From a virus (Duplodnaviria; Caudoviricetes), in the IMG/VR virus record IMGVR_UViG_3300032274_000009, positions 1 to 47,133 of that record: a stretch of 47,133 nucleotides of DNA; one strand, written 5' to 3'. Shown one piece after another: positions 35,441 through 43,367 of the stretch. Every line of letters starts with the position of its first letter. The stretch's first letter is position 1. A program made the position numbers and the translations under genes. The notes under the pieces are model-generated. The model was not told where the DNA came from. It searched no databases and saw only the letters and a list, made by a program, of their open reading frames with translations.

Positions 35441-35936
35441 GCGCTGGAAGGCCGTCCCAGGATACGAAGGACTCTACAAGGTGTCGTCCTTCGGCAGGGT
35501 CATGAGCATGAACTACAGGCGCACAGGGCGCCCGGGTCTGTTGAGCCTCGCGGTCAAAGGGAAAGGTTACCTCGGGCTTCAACTCTGGAAGAACCGAGAC
35601 TCGACCCAGGTCTACGCGCATAGGCTAGTGCTTCTGGCATTTGTCGGGGAGCCGCAGGAGGGGCAGGAGTGCCTTCACTTGGACGGGAACCCCTCGAACA
35701 ACAAGGTGGAGAACCTGGCGTGGGGCACAGCGAAAGAGAATCAAGCAGACCGAACCCGGCACGGAACCGACTGTAAGGGAGAGAGCCACCCTCTCTACAA
35801 ACTCAGCGACTCTGAGGTCAAAAATATCCGGGCGCTCTATGCTTCAGGGCGGTGGAGACAGTGGGAGATCGCGGAGAGGTTCGGGATTGCCCGGTCTTAC
35901 GTCTCGGCCCTTGTGAACCGAGCCAAACGCAAATGA
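35424..35936 (+). CDS. NUMOD4-HNH homing endonuclease
   Basis: ERWKAVPGYEGLYKVSSFGRV (NUMOD4), HRLVLLAF...HLDGNPSNNKVENLAWGT..EN, C-terminal HTH. Confidence 0.92.
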   Translation: MTPLAERWKAVPGYEGLYKVSSFGRVMSMNYRRTGRPGLLSLAVKGKGYLGLQLWKNRDSTQVYAHRLVLLAFVGEPQEGQECLHLDGNPSNNKVENLAWGTAKENQADRTRHGTDCKGESHPLYKLSDSEVKNIRALYASGRWRQWEIAERFGIARSYVSALVNRAKRK

Positions 35937-36046
35937 AGGAGACCCTCGGCGGGGATCCGAAACTTCTAGTGGCTGACTGGTCCCCGCTCCCGGAGCAGTT
36001 CACGTCCGAATACTTGAGGGAGCAAGGGTACAAGGTGCCGGAATGA
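35933..36046 (+). pseudogene. Duplicated helicase C-terminus (37-aa mini-ORF)
   Basis: ETLGGDPKLLVADWSPLPEQFTSEYLREQGY vs helicase end ETLGGNPKLLLADWSPLPEQFSSEYLREHGY. Confidence 0.85.
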
Positions 36047-36246
36047 CCCTCGCGAACCAGATCGACAAAGCAATCGCCCTCTTGACGGAGGACGCCGAGG
36101 AAGAGGACCGCGCCAGAGCGATTCTGATCTTGATCGACGTGGCCGACGAACTCGATCCGCCGAAGACCCGGAAGGAGAAGTTCGAGGAGGCCCTTCCCGA
36201 GCCCACGGTCGTGCCTAGGTCCTCGTCAATGCCGTGGCTCGCATGA
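36043..36246 (+). CDS. Hypothetical protein (67 aa)
   Basis: ATGA-coupled at both ends. Confidence 0.6.
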   Translation: MTLANQIDKAIALLTEDAEEEDRARAILILIDVADELDPPKTRKEKFEEALPEPTVVPRSSSMPWLA

Positions 36247-36584
36247 GAGACCGCGTCACCCCCGAACAGGCCCTCGAGGCCTACCGGAAGACCAAGATTC
36301 AACCGACCCAGACCTGGAGCGGGGGACTGATCTACGTCCTGTGCCGTGCGGACGGTCGAGAGATCGACTTCCGACCCGGGGTGCCACTCCTGGCCCAGGC
36401 CGCGGAGATCCTCGGGCTCTCGGTCTCCTACCTCGGAGCTCTCCAACACGGGTGGGCGAACTGGGTGGGCTGCGGCGCCGAAGGCGAGCCGGGCTGGATC
36501 GACGGCCAGGCGATTCGTAAAGCCTTGTTCCCTCAGGAAGATTTGGTCGAAGAAATGCCTTGCGCCCCGAAGAACAATCCCTAG
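36243..36584 (+). CDS. Hypothetical protein (113 aa)
   Basis: ATGA-coupled; RVTPEQALEAYRKT start. Confidence 0.6.
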   Translation: MRDRVTPEQALEAYRKTKIQPTQTWSGGLIYVLCRADGREIDFRPGVPLLAQAAEILGLSVSYLGALQHGWANWVGCGAEGEPGWIDGQAIRKALFPQEDLVEEMPCAPKNNP

Positions 36585-36587
36585 AAT
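36560..36587 (+). promoter_or_regulatory. Sigma-70-like promoter candidate TTGCGC-16-TAGAAT
   Basis: About 55 nt upstream of the SSB-like gene. Confidence 0.35.
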
Positions 36588-36640
36588 ACCCCTCGTAAGG
36601 CAGATCGCCTTGCGGACACTGAACGAAAGAAGAGAACGAC

Positions 36641-37120
36641 ATGGGCTTTTTTGACAAGCTGGACGACAACACGAAGACGACTGCGGGCCTGAGCCGCGAC
36701 TCAATCGGCACCTACTGGCAGAAGATCACCAAGATCGAGGAGGCCGTCAGCCGTAAGAAGCTCGACATGCTCCGCGTGGTCAAGACCACCCTCAAGGTGA
36801 TCGAAGGCACCCTCACGCCCGGCACCGAGACCACGCAAGTGATCATGCTCGGTGGCAACGAATATGTCGAGGCCGACGTGCGCCGCTTCTACTGCGGGGT
36901 CTCCGGCGAGACCATGGAGGCCGCGAACGAGACCCCCTTCAAGACCATTGGGGAGCGCCTGACCCAAATGGTCGGCGTCACGGTCGAGGTCGAGGTCAAG
37001 GGCCGCGCCTACGAGGACAAGGAAGGGAGGCCCCAGACCTTTATCTCGGCCTACGTGCGCCGCCCGATCCTCCCGGACCAACTCGCCGAGGAGGGGATCG
37101 ACCCCAACAAGTTCGGCTAG
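36641..37120 (+). CDS. Putative single-stranded DNA-binding (OB-fold) protein
   Basis: MGFFDKLDD start, GTY..KITKIE..VSRK, beta-strand pattern, located in the replication module. Confidence 0.5.
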   Translation: MGFFDKLDDNTKTTAGLSRDSIGTYWQKITKIEEAVSRKKLDMLRVVKTTLKVIEGTLTPGTETTQVIMLGGNEYVEADVRRFYCGVSGETMEAANETPFKTIGERLTQMVGVTVEVEVKGRAYEDKEGRPQTFISAYVRRPILPDQLAEEGIDPNKFG

Positions 37121-37180
37121 GCCGGCCCCGGCCCCGGCGCGGAAGCGCGGGTCGGAATGACGCCTCGGAACAGACGGGGA

Positions 37181-37249
37181 TCCTGAGTTACTTTGGCGAG
37201 ACCCCGACTTTATCACCGGGGGACCCGGGTTCGATCCCCGGCTCAGGGT
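37181..37249 (+). tRNA. tRNA-like element (non-canonical or degenerate; anticodon not assignable)
   Basis: Acceptor TCCTGAG/CTCAGGG, T-arm CCGGG-TTCGATC-CCCGG, CCCCG/CGGGG stem with a 10-nt loop, reduced D-arm, no encoded CCA. Confidence 0.45.
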
Positions 37250-37452
37250 TTGCAGAACGGGCCGATCCTTGACGGCTACTTGGTTGGTCGGTCAGAGGCG
37301 CTGTGCTACGAGTCGGCCTGTCCCCCCGCGACCGCGGGCTGGGCGCATAGGGCTCAACGGTGTCAAAACTAAGGTGCAGGTCCTTCCCCCGGCCAGGTCG
37401 TGATACTGGTTTTGTCAGGGGGGAGGGGCTGTGCCTCCCACACGAGGTTGCT

Positions 37453-37821
37453 ATGAAGATTGATCTGGACGGCCCCCAACTCAAGGAGGCTGTTGCCTCC
37501 GCTGTTCTCCAGTCCTTGGACGACGCGAAGAAGGGGGAGTTGATCTCCGCGGCCCTTCAGCACCTTCTCACTCCCCCCAAAAGCCAGGGTTACGGACACA
37601 GTCCCGTGCCTCCCCTTCAAGAGGCGTTTCTGACGGCCTGTGGAAGCCTCGCCCGAGAGCGCTGCAAGGAGATCCTCTCCGAGGACTCCGAACTCTGGGC
37701 CAAGGTAGAGGAGGTGATCCAAGAAGGGATCGTTCGGGCGCTTACGGGGGAGCGCCGGGAGGCGCTGATCGACCTCGTCTGCAACGCAGTCACGACCTGT
37801 TTCCGTAGTTCCGCCTACTAG
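37453..37821 (+). CDS. Hypothetical protein (122 aa)
   Basis: GAGG RBS, MKIDLDGPQLKEAV start, TAGTG-coupled to the polymerase. Confidence 0.65.
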   Translation: MKIDLDGPQLKEAVASAVLQSLDDAKKGELISAALQHLLTPPKSQGYGHSPVPPLQEAFLTACGSLARERCKEILSEDSELWAKVEEVIQEGIVRALTGERREALIDLVCNAVTTCFRSSAY

Positions 37822-39944
37822 TGATTGCTTGGGACACTGAGACCAGACTGATCGCCCCCGGGCGCCTCGCGCCCGAGATCATGTGCGCGACCTACTGCAC
37901 CGGGACGGCCCCGGCCCTCGTCACCAATGGCGACGGTTGGCTTGAAGCCTTCGCCCATACCCTCCTGCAAGAGGACACGGTCGGCCACAACGTGGCCTAT
38001 GACCTCGCGTGCGTGGCCTCCACCTTCCCCCACCTGCTCCCCCGGATCTTCGAGGCTCTCCACCAGGGTCGTGTCCACGACACCCAGATCCGTGAGAAGC
38101 TCCTGAACCTCGCCACCTTCGGGGAGATCGAGAACAGCCCAGCCGGCAGCCGGATCTCCTACTCGCTGTCGGAACTTGCGCGGGCCCGTTGCGGCCTGGA
38201 CCTCTCTGCCGGCAAGGAGGGGGAGGACATTTGGCGCCTCCGCTATGCCGAGCTCGACGGATTCAGGGCTGAGGACTACCCCAAAGAGGCAGCAGACTAC
38301 GCCCTCCTCGACGCGCAAGCGACCTACGAAGTCTGGGCAGCCCAGGAGGAGGAGGCCCGGGAGATCCCGGGTGTCTTCGACAGCGAGCACCTTCACGTCG
38401 CCGCGGCCTTCGGCCTCTACCTCATGACGGCCTACGGGGTCAGGGTGGACAAGAAGGAGAAGGAGCGGATCCAGGCCGAGGTCGTGGCCGCGCTAGACCC
38501 CGAGGTCTTGCCCCTCCTCTACGCCCCGCTGGACGACTTCGGGCTCCCTCCCTTGGTCAACAAGGCCTGTCCTGGCCGGCCCAAGAAGACCAAGGACCAC
38601 GAGGAGGGGTGCTCCCGGAAGCCCAAGACCTGCACCTGCCCCTACGGGGTCACCAAGCCCAAGGACGAGAGCGTCGCGAAGAAGGCTGCCTTGGTCCCAT
38701 TGGTCGTGGCGATCTGCGAGCAGGAGGACATTCCCCTCACGCCCACGAAGAAGGCGAAGGAGATCAACGTCGAGCCCACCCTGGAGAATGGATACGTCTC
38801 GACCTCTGCCGAGGTCCTCGAGGCCATTGCGCCTTTCCACCCTGCGCTCGAGCAGTTCCTCACTCGCGCGAAGCTGATCAAACTGATCACGTCATACTTC
38901 CCCGCTATGGAGTGGCCCTACGGCAGCGGGATCACGGCCCCTGTGATCCACCCCAACTACGACTACCTCAAGGCCACGGGCCGCACGTCCTCCTGGGGCG
39001 TGTCTAAGAAGCGGGCCGACAAGGCCGTGGCCCCCGCCGTGAATATCCAGCAAGCGGACCCCAGGGTCAGGCCGGCCTACGTCCCTCGTCCGGGCTGGCT
39101 CTTTGCGATTGCGGACTACAGCGCTCTGGAACTCGTGTCTCTGGCCCAGACGATCCTCGACCTCTACGGTCACTCTGCGCTGGCCGACCAGATCAACGCC
39201 GGGATTGACCCCCACGCTTACCTCGGGTGCGCGCTGGCTGTCCATGGAGACCCGGCGTTTCGCATGGTCCTGACCGAATTGCACGGGGAGGAGCGCACGG
39301 AGGACCAGGAGTATGAGTTCTTCCTGACCCAGAAGAGGAACAAGCCCGAGTGGTTCAAGCATTGGCGCACCTTGGCGAAGCCTGTTGGCCTCGGGTTCCC
39401 CGGAGGCATGGGGATCAACACCTTCCGAGCCGTGGCCGCGGGGTACGGGTTCAAACTCTCAGTGGCCGAGGCCAAGAACCTCAAGCGCATTTGGCTCATG
39501 GTCTACCCCAACATGAAGCGCTACCTCAACACCTGGGTCCCGGGGCAACCCGGGTCCTACGTGTCACCCGCGGGTATGCGCCGGGTCGAGTGCCGCTTCA
39601 CCCAACTCGCCAACGGACGAGCCCTCCAGACCCCCGGGGCCGAGGGCGCCAAGAAGGCCGTCTTCAACGTGAGCCGTGCGTGCTACGACCGGACCCGGGG
39701 GTCGATCCTCTACGGCTGCCGGCCCGTGGCTTTCATTCACGACGAGATCCTCATGGAGGTCCCCGACGACTGCCGGCGCTCGGATCGGGCCCACGAGTTG
39801 GCGAAGATCATGGAGGACAGCATGACCGAGGTTCTCCCGGACGTTCAGGTCCGTGCGGAACCGATCCTCTCAACGCACTGGTCCAAGGAGGCCGAGCAGG
39901 TCTGGGACACGCCGACGACCCTCGGAGTCTGGAGCCCCGCATGA
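37821..39944 (+). CDS. polA: DNA polymerase family A with 3'-5' exonuclease
   Basis: Exo motifs WDTET, GHNVAYD, YALLDA; TGRTSS, NIQQ; motif A ADYSALE; motif B R.LAK; motif C FIHDE. Confidence 0.95.
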   Translation: MIAWDTETRLIAPGRLAPEIMCATYCTGTAPALVTNGDGWLEAFAHTLLQEDTVGHNVAYDLACVASTFPHLLPRIFEALHQGRVHDTQIREKLLNLATFGEIENSPAGSRISYSLSELARARCGLDLSAGKEGEDIWRLRYAELDGFRAEDYPKEAADYALLDAQATYEVWAAQEEEAREIPGVFDSEHLHVAAAFGLYLMTAYGVRVDKKEKERIQAEVVAALDPEVLPLLYAPLDDFGLPPLVNKACPGRPKKTKDHEEGCSRKPKTCTCPYGVTKPKDESVAKKAALVPLVVAICEQEDIPLTPTKKAKEINVEPTLENGYVSTSAEVLEAIAPFHPALEQFLTRAKLIKLITSYFPAMEWPYGSGITAPVIHPNYDYLKATGRTSSWGVSKKRADKAVAPAVNIQQADPRVRPAYVPRPGWLFAIADYSALELVSLAQTILDLYGHSALADQINAGIDPHAYLGCALAVHGDPAFRMVLTELHGEERTEDQEYEFFLTQKRNKPEWFKHWRTLAKPVGLGFPGGMGINTFRAVAAGYGFKLSVAEAKNLKRIWLMVYPNMKRYLNTWVPGQPGSYVSPAGMRRVECRFTQLANGRALQTPGAEGAKKAVFNVSRACYDRTRGSILYGCRPVAFIHDEILMEVPDDCRRSDRAHELAKIMEDSMTEVLPDVQVRAEPILSTHWSKEAEQVWDTPTTLGVWSPA

Positions 39945-40120
39945 TCCACTCAGAGCCTGCTTACCTGTGGTCGTGGTCGCGGTCGGGGTCGGGGTCGTGG
40001 TCGGGGTCGTGGTCGTGGTCGTGGTCGCGGTCGTGGTCGTGGTCGTGGTCGTGGTCGGGGTCGCGGTCGTGGTCGGGGTCGTGGTCGGGGTCGCGGTCGT
40101 GGTCGGGGTCGGAGGTCTAA
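39941..40120 (+). CDS. IHSEPAY-family Ser-X repeat microprotein, copy 3 (59 aa)
   Basis: MIHSEPAYLWSWSRSGSGSWSG...SEV; ATGA-coupled to polA and TAATG-coupled to the next gene. Confidence 0.7.
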   Translation: MIHSEPAYLWSWSRSGSGSWSGSWSWSWSRSWSWSWSWSGSRSWSGSWSGSRSWSGSEV

Positions 40121-40371
40121 TGGGGCGTAAGAAGAGGAAGAAGAAGAAGCGCAAGAAGACTACAGCGCTCAAGGACCTCCGGGTCGGAGACGTTCTCTTC
40201 AACCCCCACCCCGAGGTGGGCTACCGGGCCCGCGTCGTGAAGCTCGGGCGCCACGACCGGGTCTACATTCAATACACGAAGACTGATCTCTGGAATTCGA
40301 AATACGAGAGTCAGACCCACGTAGTCAGCGTGAACCAACTGAAACTCGCCAACTGGAAGAAGAGGATCTGA
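40120..40371 (+). CDS. Basic hypothetical protein (83 aa), possible SH3/Tudor-like barrel
   Basis: GGAGG RBS; MGRKKRKKKKRKK then LRVGDVL...RARVVK...VYIQY. Confidence 0.55.
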   Translation: MGRKKRKKKKRKKTTALKDLRVGDVLFNPHPEVGYRARVVKLGRHDRVYIQYTKTDLWNSKYESQTHVVSVNQLKLANWKKRI

Positions 40372-40372
40372 T

Positions 40373-40831
40373 ATGAAGTGCCGCTGCGGACACGGAGAAG
40401 GGGACCACCCCGAAGGGAGTTGTCGCCGAGATACCTACAGGGTCGGGGGCCTTCTTGTGACGGAAGACTGCCCCTGCGACGTGTTTCGGCCCGTCCACGG
40501 GACCGGAGAGAAGGTCGAGGACCTCTGGCCGGAGATCAACGGACGAGAACCAGAGCAGGGCACCAAGCACGATTACGGGAAGCCCCGACCTGAGCTCCTG
40601 CCTGCGAAGACCCTGCTTGAGGTGTCTGCGGTGCTGGCCTTCGGTGCTCAGAAGTATGCGCCCGACAACTGGCGCAAGGTCCCCGACCTCAAGAACCGCT
40701 ACATGGGCGCCGCGCTGCGTCACCTCCTGGCCTACCAGGCCGGCGAGTCGAAGGACCCGGAGACGGGCTACTCCCACCTCGCACACGCGATCTGCTCGCT
40801 CATGTATGTCCGAGAGGACGAGGTCTCGTGA
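40373..40831 (+). CDS. dATP/dGTP diphosphohydrolase domain protein (DUF5664-like)
   Basis: GTKHDYGKPRPELLP...VLAFGAQKY..DNW......RY..AALRHL.....GE..DPETG.SHLAHA. Confidence 0.88.
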   Translation: MKCRCGHGEGDHPEGSCRRDTYRVGGLLVTEDCPCDVFRPVHGTGEKVEDLWPEINGREPEQGTKHDYGKPRPELLPAKTLLEVSAVLAFGAQKYAPDNWRKVPDLKNRYMGAALRHLLAYQAGESKDPETGYSHLAHAICSLMYVREDEVS

Positions 40832-41055
40832 TCGAATGTGACCAGTGTGCCCGGGATCTTCCCTGTCTTCACTGTCAACCGGAGGAGTGGCAAGAGGACC
40901 TCTACGCCATAGGCTTCGTTCCCCCCGAGGCCTTCGCTACGGTCCTTGAGTTCGTGCGCGGAGGGAATTACGGCCTGGAACTCCTCAGGCTCAGTCTGCT
41001 AGACTACCCGGAGGTCGCCGAGCGCGTGAGGCGCTTCGACCTGGAGGGACATTGA
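40828..41055 (+). CDS. Hypothetical protein with two CxxC motifs (75 aa)
   Basis: CDQC....PCLHC; GTGA-coupled. Confidence 0.6.
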   Translation: MIECDQCARDLPCLHCQPEEWQEDLYAIGFVPPEAFATVLEFVRGGNYGLELLRLSLLDYPEVAERVRRFDLEGH

Positions 41056-41141
41056 CCACGCAAGGACTCATTTGGATTGCCTTCTGGGGTGCTGTCCTCT
41101 TCCTGGGGCTGGCCCTCGCGGCCTGGTCGGAGTTGCCGTGA
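41052..41141 (+). CDS. 29-aa membrane micro-peptide
   Basis: GGAGG RBS, TTG start; MTTQGLIWIAFWGAVLFLGLALAAWSELP; coupled at both ends. Confidence 0.55.
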   Translation: MTTQGLIWIAFWGAVLFLGLALAAWSELP

Positions 41142-41737
41142 GCCACCTCGCCATTGACCCCGACACTAAAGGCTCAGGGGTCGCCCTCATAGGAAAGCGC
41201 AAGGGGTCAGGCTACGTCCTGGCTGCCGGGTGCGCCTACGACCACGGCCTCTCGGCCAAGAAGAAGAAGACCGCCCTCCTGACGTGGCAGTTGGAGAAGG
41301 TCCAAGAGGTGATCCTCCAGGCTTGGGCCATTGCTCGGGAGGAGGACGACCCCATTGAGCGCGTGACCGTGGAGGGCCAGCAAGCCTACTCGAAGTCCCG
41401 CGTCGATCCGAACGGCCTCCTGAAGCTGGCCCTGGTGTCTGGCGCGGCCATGTTGGCCGGCACCCGGATCGGGTGCCCCGTGACCCTGGTGCTCCCTCGA
41501 GACTGGAAGGGCCAGCAGTCCAAGGTCGCTACGTGGCGCAGGGTTCTGCGTTGGGTAGAGTGGGAGTGGTTTGAGACCAGGCCGCGCAGCCGCGGTGAAC
41601 AACCCCGGGTCGAGTTCTCGATCCCGACGCACGTCAAGATCCTGGGGTCGATCCCGATCTCCCACCGCAAGGAAGTCCTCGACGCACTGGCCCTCGGCCA
41701 GTGGAGTCTCAACCACCGACACAGGAAGCACGAGTAA
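41138..41737 (+). CDS. RuvC-like Holliday junction resolvase
   Basis: LAIDP...GSGVA, VTVEGQ, P..WKG...K, DALALG. Confidence 0.75.
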   Translation: MSHLAIDPDTKGSGVALIGKRKGSGYVLAAGCAYDHGLSAKKKKTALLTWQLEKVQEVILQAWAIAREEDDPIERVTVEGQQAYSKSRVDPNGLLKLALVSGAAMLAGTRIGCPVTLVLPRDWKGQQSKVATWRRVLRWVEWEWFETRPRSRGEQPRVEFSIPTHVKILGSIPISHRKEVLDALALGQWSLNHRHRKHE

Positions 41738-41877
41738 TGAAGAACGCAGCAGTCGAAGCAGTGACGTGGGCGGCAGCGGGAGTGTTGGCACTTCTCATTG
41801 TCCTGATACCTATTGCGATCAACCTGGGGATCCTCTACGGGGCGTGCCTGATCGTCAAGTCGGTCTTCGGGCTGTGA
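41737..41877 (+). CDS. 46-aa membrane micro-protein
   Basis: MKNAAVEAVTWAAAGVLALLIVLIPIAINLGILYGACLIVKSVFGL; TAATG-coupled. Confidence 0.6.
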   Translation: MKNAAVEAVTWAAAGVLALLIVLIPIAINLGILYGACLIVKSVFGL

Positions 41878-42008
41878 TCAGGAAGAAGATTGGAGACCTC
41901 GGGGTCGTCCTGCTCGTGGCGTTTGGGGTCGTGTCCTGCGTGGTCATGAGCGCCGGGATCTTCGCCTACTCGATCTGCTTGATCTTCGAGGCGGCCTTCG
42001 GCCTATGA
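41874..42008 (+). CDS. 44-aa membrane micro-protein, likely paralog of the previous one
   Basis: MIRKKIGDLGVVLLVAFGVVSCVVMSAGIFAYSICLIFEAAFGL; GTGA-coupled. Confidence 0.6.
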   Translation: MIRKKIGDLGVVLLVAFGVVSCVVMSAGIFAYSICLIFEAAFGL

Positions 42009-42111
42009 GCAGGCCCGACCACTTGACAGAGAGGGACCGTGTGATCGCCTTCTCAGCAGGCTACATAGTAGTGATCGTCCTGGGGGCCCTGGTCGCCAAA
42101 TTGGTCGGCCT

Positions 42112-42115
<4 letters not shown>
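42005..42115 (+). CDS. 36-aa membrane micro-protein
   Basis: MSRPDHLTERDRVIAFSAGYIVVIVLGALVAKLVGL; ATGA-coupled. Confidence 0.55.
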
Positions 42116-42311
<196 letters not shown>

Positions 42312-42315
<4 letters not shown>

Positions 42316-42512
42316 AGATCGACGTCAACATTGAGACCCGGAGGACCGAGGGCGAGACAGCCGGCAACGTGTCTGACAAGGTCGACCTCTTCAAGAAGAT
42401 CGCGCGGCAGTTCGGGTGGGCTCTCACGGACGTGGAGCTCCACTCCTTTGGCTGGGGCCACAAGGGGTCCCTGACTTTCGACCTGGAGGTCGGAGAGGAC
42501 GAAGACGAGTGA
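42312..42512 (+). CDS. Hypothetical protein (66 aa)
   Basis: GGAGG RBS, MKIDVNIETRR start. Confidence 0.6.
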
Positions 42513-42778
42513 AGAACGAGCACGAGGAAGCGGCCTACAGGAACGAATTGATCGAGCGCGAGGCCATGGCCCTCATGAAGCGCGAGTTCCTCGACACGGA
42601 CGCGGAGACCGCCGCGGCGATCTACCGGGTCTGGAAGCGCTTCCTCTCATGGGACGAGGACGAGATCGCCCGCCTCCGCATGATCGTGTCCGTGCTGGAC
42701 CTAGGGTATCAGCGAGCTATGCTCCACGACGACGAAGTGACCCCGGAGGAGTATCGGGAACTACTGCGGAATCTCTGA
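42509..42778 (+). CDS. Hypothetical protein (89 aa), last rightward gene
   Basis: GTGA-coupled; MKNEHEEAAYRNEL start. Confidence 0.6.
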   Translation: MKNEHEEAAYRNELIEREAMALMKREFLDTDAETAAAIYRVWKRFLSWDEDEIARLRMIVSVLDLGYQRAMLHDDEVTPEEYRELLRNL

Positions 42779-42935
42779 GCACGGGGGCCTCGTCCTCGAG
42801 GACCGGGACTTGAACCTCGAAGGAGGTCTTGGCGATCCGCCTCAGGCGCTTGGTCTTCTTCTTGCCGAGGGCCTTCTTGAAGGCCGCGCTCTTGAGGGCC
42901 GCGCGGATCCGGGCCGTGGCCTCGTCCATGTCCAT
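42717..42935 (-). CDS. Small basic hypothetical protein, last leftward gene
   Basis: GGAGG RBS; convergent overlap with 42509-42778. Confidence 0.55.
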   Translation of the reverse strand: MDMDEATARIRAALKSAAFKKALGKKKTKRLRRIAKTSFEVQVPVLEDEAPVLRDSAVVPDTPPGSLRRRGA

Positions 42936-42936
42936 G

Positions 42937-43125
42937 TCAATCCTCCAGGTCGTGGAGGGTCGTGATCACCTCAGTGAGGAAGCCTTCCAGCTTCCCTTCG
43001 TAGTTGTCTCGGAGCTTCTCTAGCTTGGCCTCGACCTCTTTGAGGCGGGACCAGAGCACCCAGACCGCGAGGCCCAGAAGCACGGACGGGCCTGCTTGGG
43101 CAATGACCGTGGGGTCGAAGGGCAT
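42937..43125 (-). CDS. Single-TM plus coiled-coil protein (holin-like, 62 aa)
   Basis: QAGPSVLLGLAVWVLW then a charged coiled coil; TAATG-coupled. Confidence 0.5.
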   Translation of the reverse strand: MPFDPTVIAQAGPSVLLGLAVWVLWSRLKEVEAKLEKLRDNYEGKLEGFLTEVITTLHDLED

Positions 43126-43367
43126 TACAATCCTACCCCGTGGCACTGGCAGACGTAGGCCGCGCCCATGATTCGGTAGGTGGTCTCGTTGTAGGACTCC
43201 TCAGAGACCAGGAAGGTCTCCACCACGAAGTCGCCCTCGCCCTTCTCGTCGCCGAGTTCCCAGCCCAGGGCCATGAGTTCGTTGACCCTGTCCGTGAGGG
43301 CCTCCTCGCCGACGATCTTCTCGCAAATGAAGACCTGCTTGGCGTCGCACCGTTTGAGTTGGCTCAC
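43125..43367 (-). CDS. Hypothetical protein (80 aa)
   Basis: GTG start in a GTGA overlap with the 1246-aa gene stop; MSQLKRCDAKQV. Confidence 0.6.
   Translation of the reverse strand: MSQLKRCDAKQVFICEKIVGEEALTDRVNELMALGWELGDEKGEGDFVVETFLVSEESYNETTYRIMGAAYVCQCHGVGL

Noticed and set aside
35424-35936. Group I intron or intein around the HNH
   Set aside because: The helicase ends with its own stop and complete C-terminus, and the flanks are fully coding with no room for an intron core
37207-37216. Ochre suppressor tRNA (TTA anticodon) or stop-codon recoding
   Set aside because: Centering TTA in a 7-nt loop breaks the stem pairing, and TAA, TAG and TGA all end genes at normal coupled junctions
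39968-40112. Arrays as on/off phase-variation switches
   Set aside because: A 6-nt unit changes length without shifting the frame
37821-40831. 2-aminoadenine (Z) genome system
   Set aside because: A dATP/dGTP diphosphohydrolase and a variant PolA are present, but no PurZ/adenylosuccinate-synthetase-like or HD-domain dATPase gene is recognisable
43130-43135. TAGGAT -10 element before the holin-like gene
   Set aside because: Inside the upstream CDS and only 4 nt from an ATG already explained by TAATG coupling
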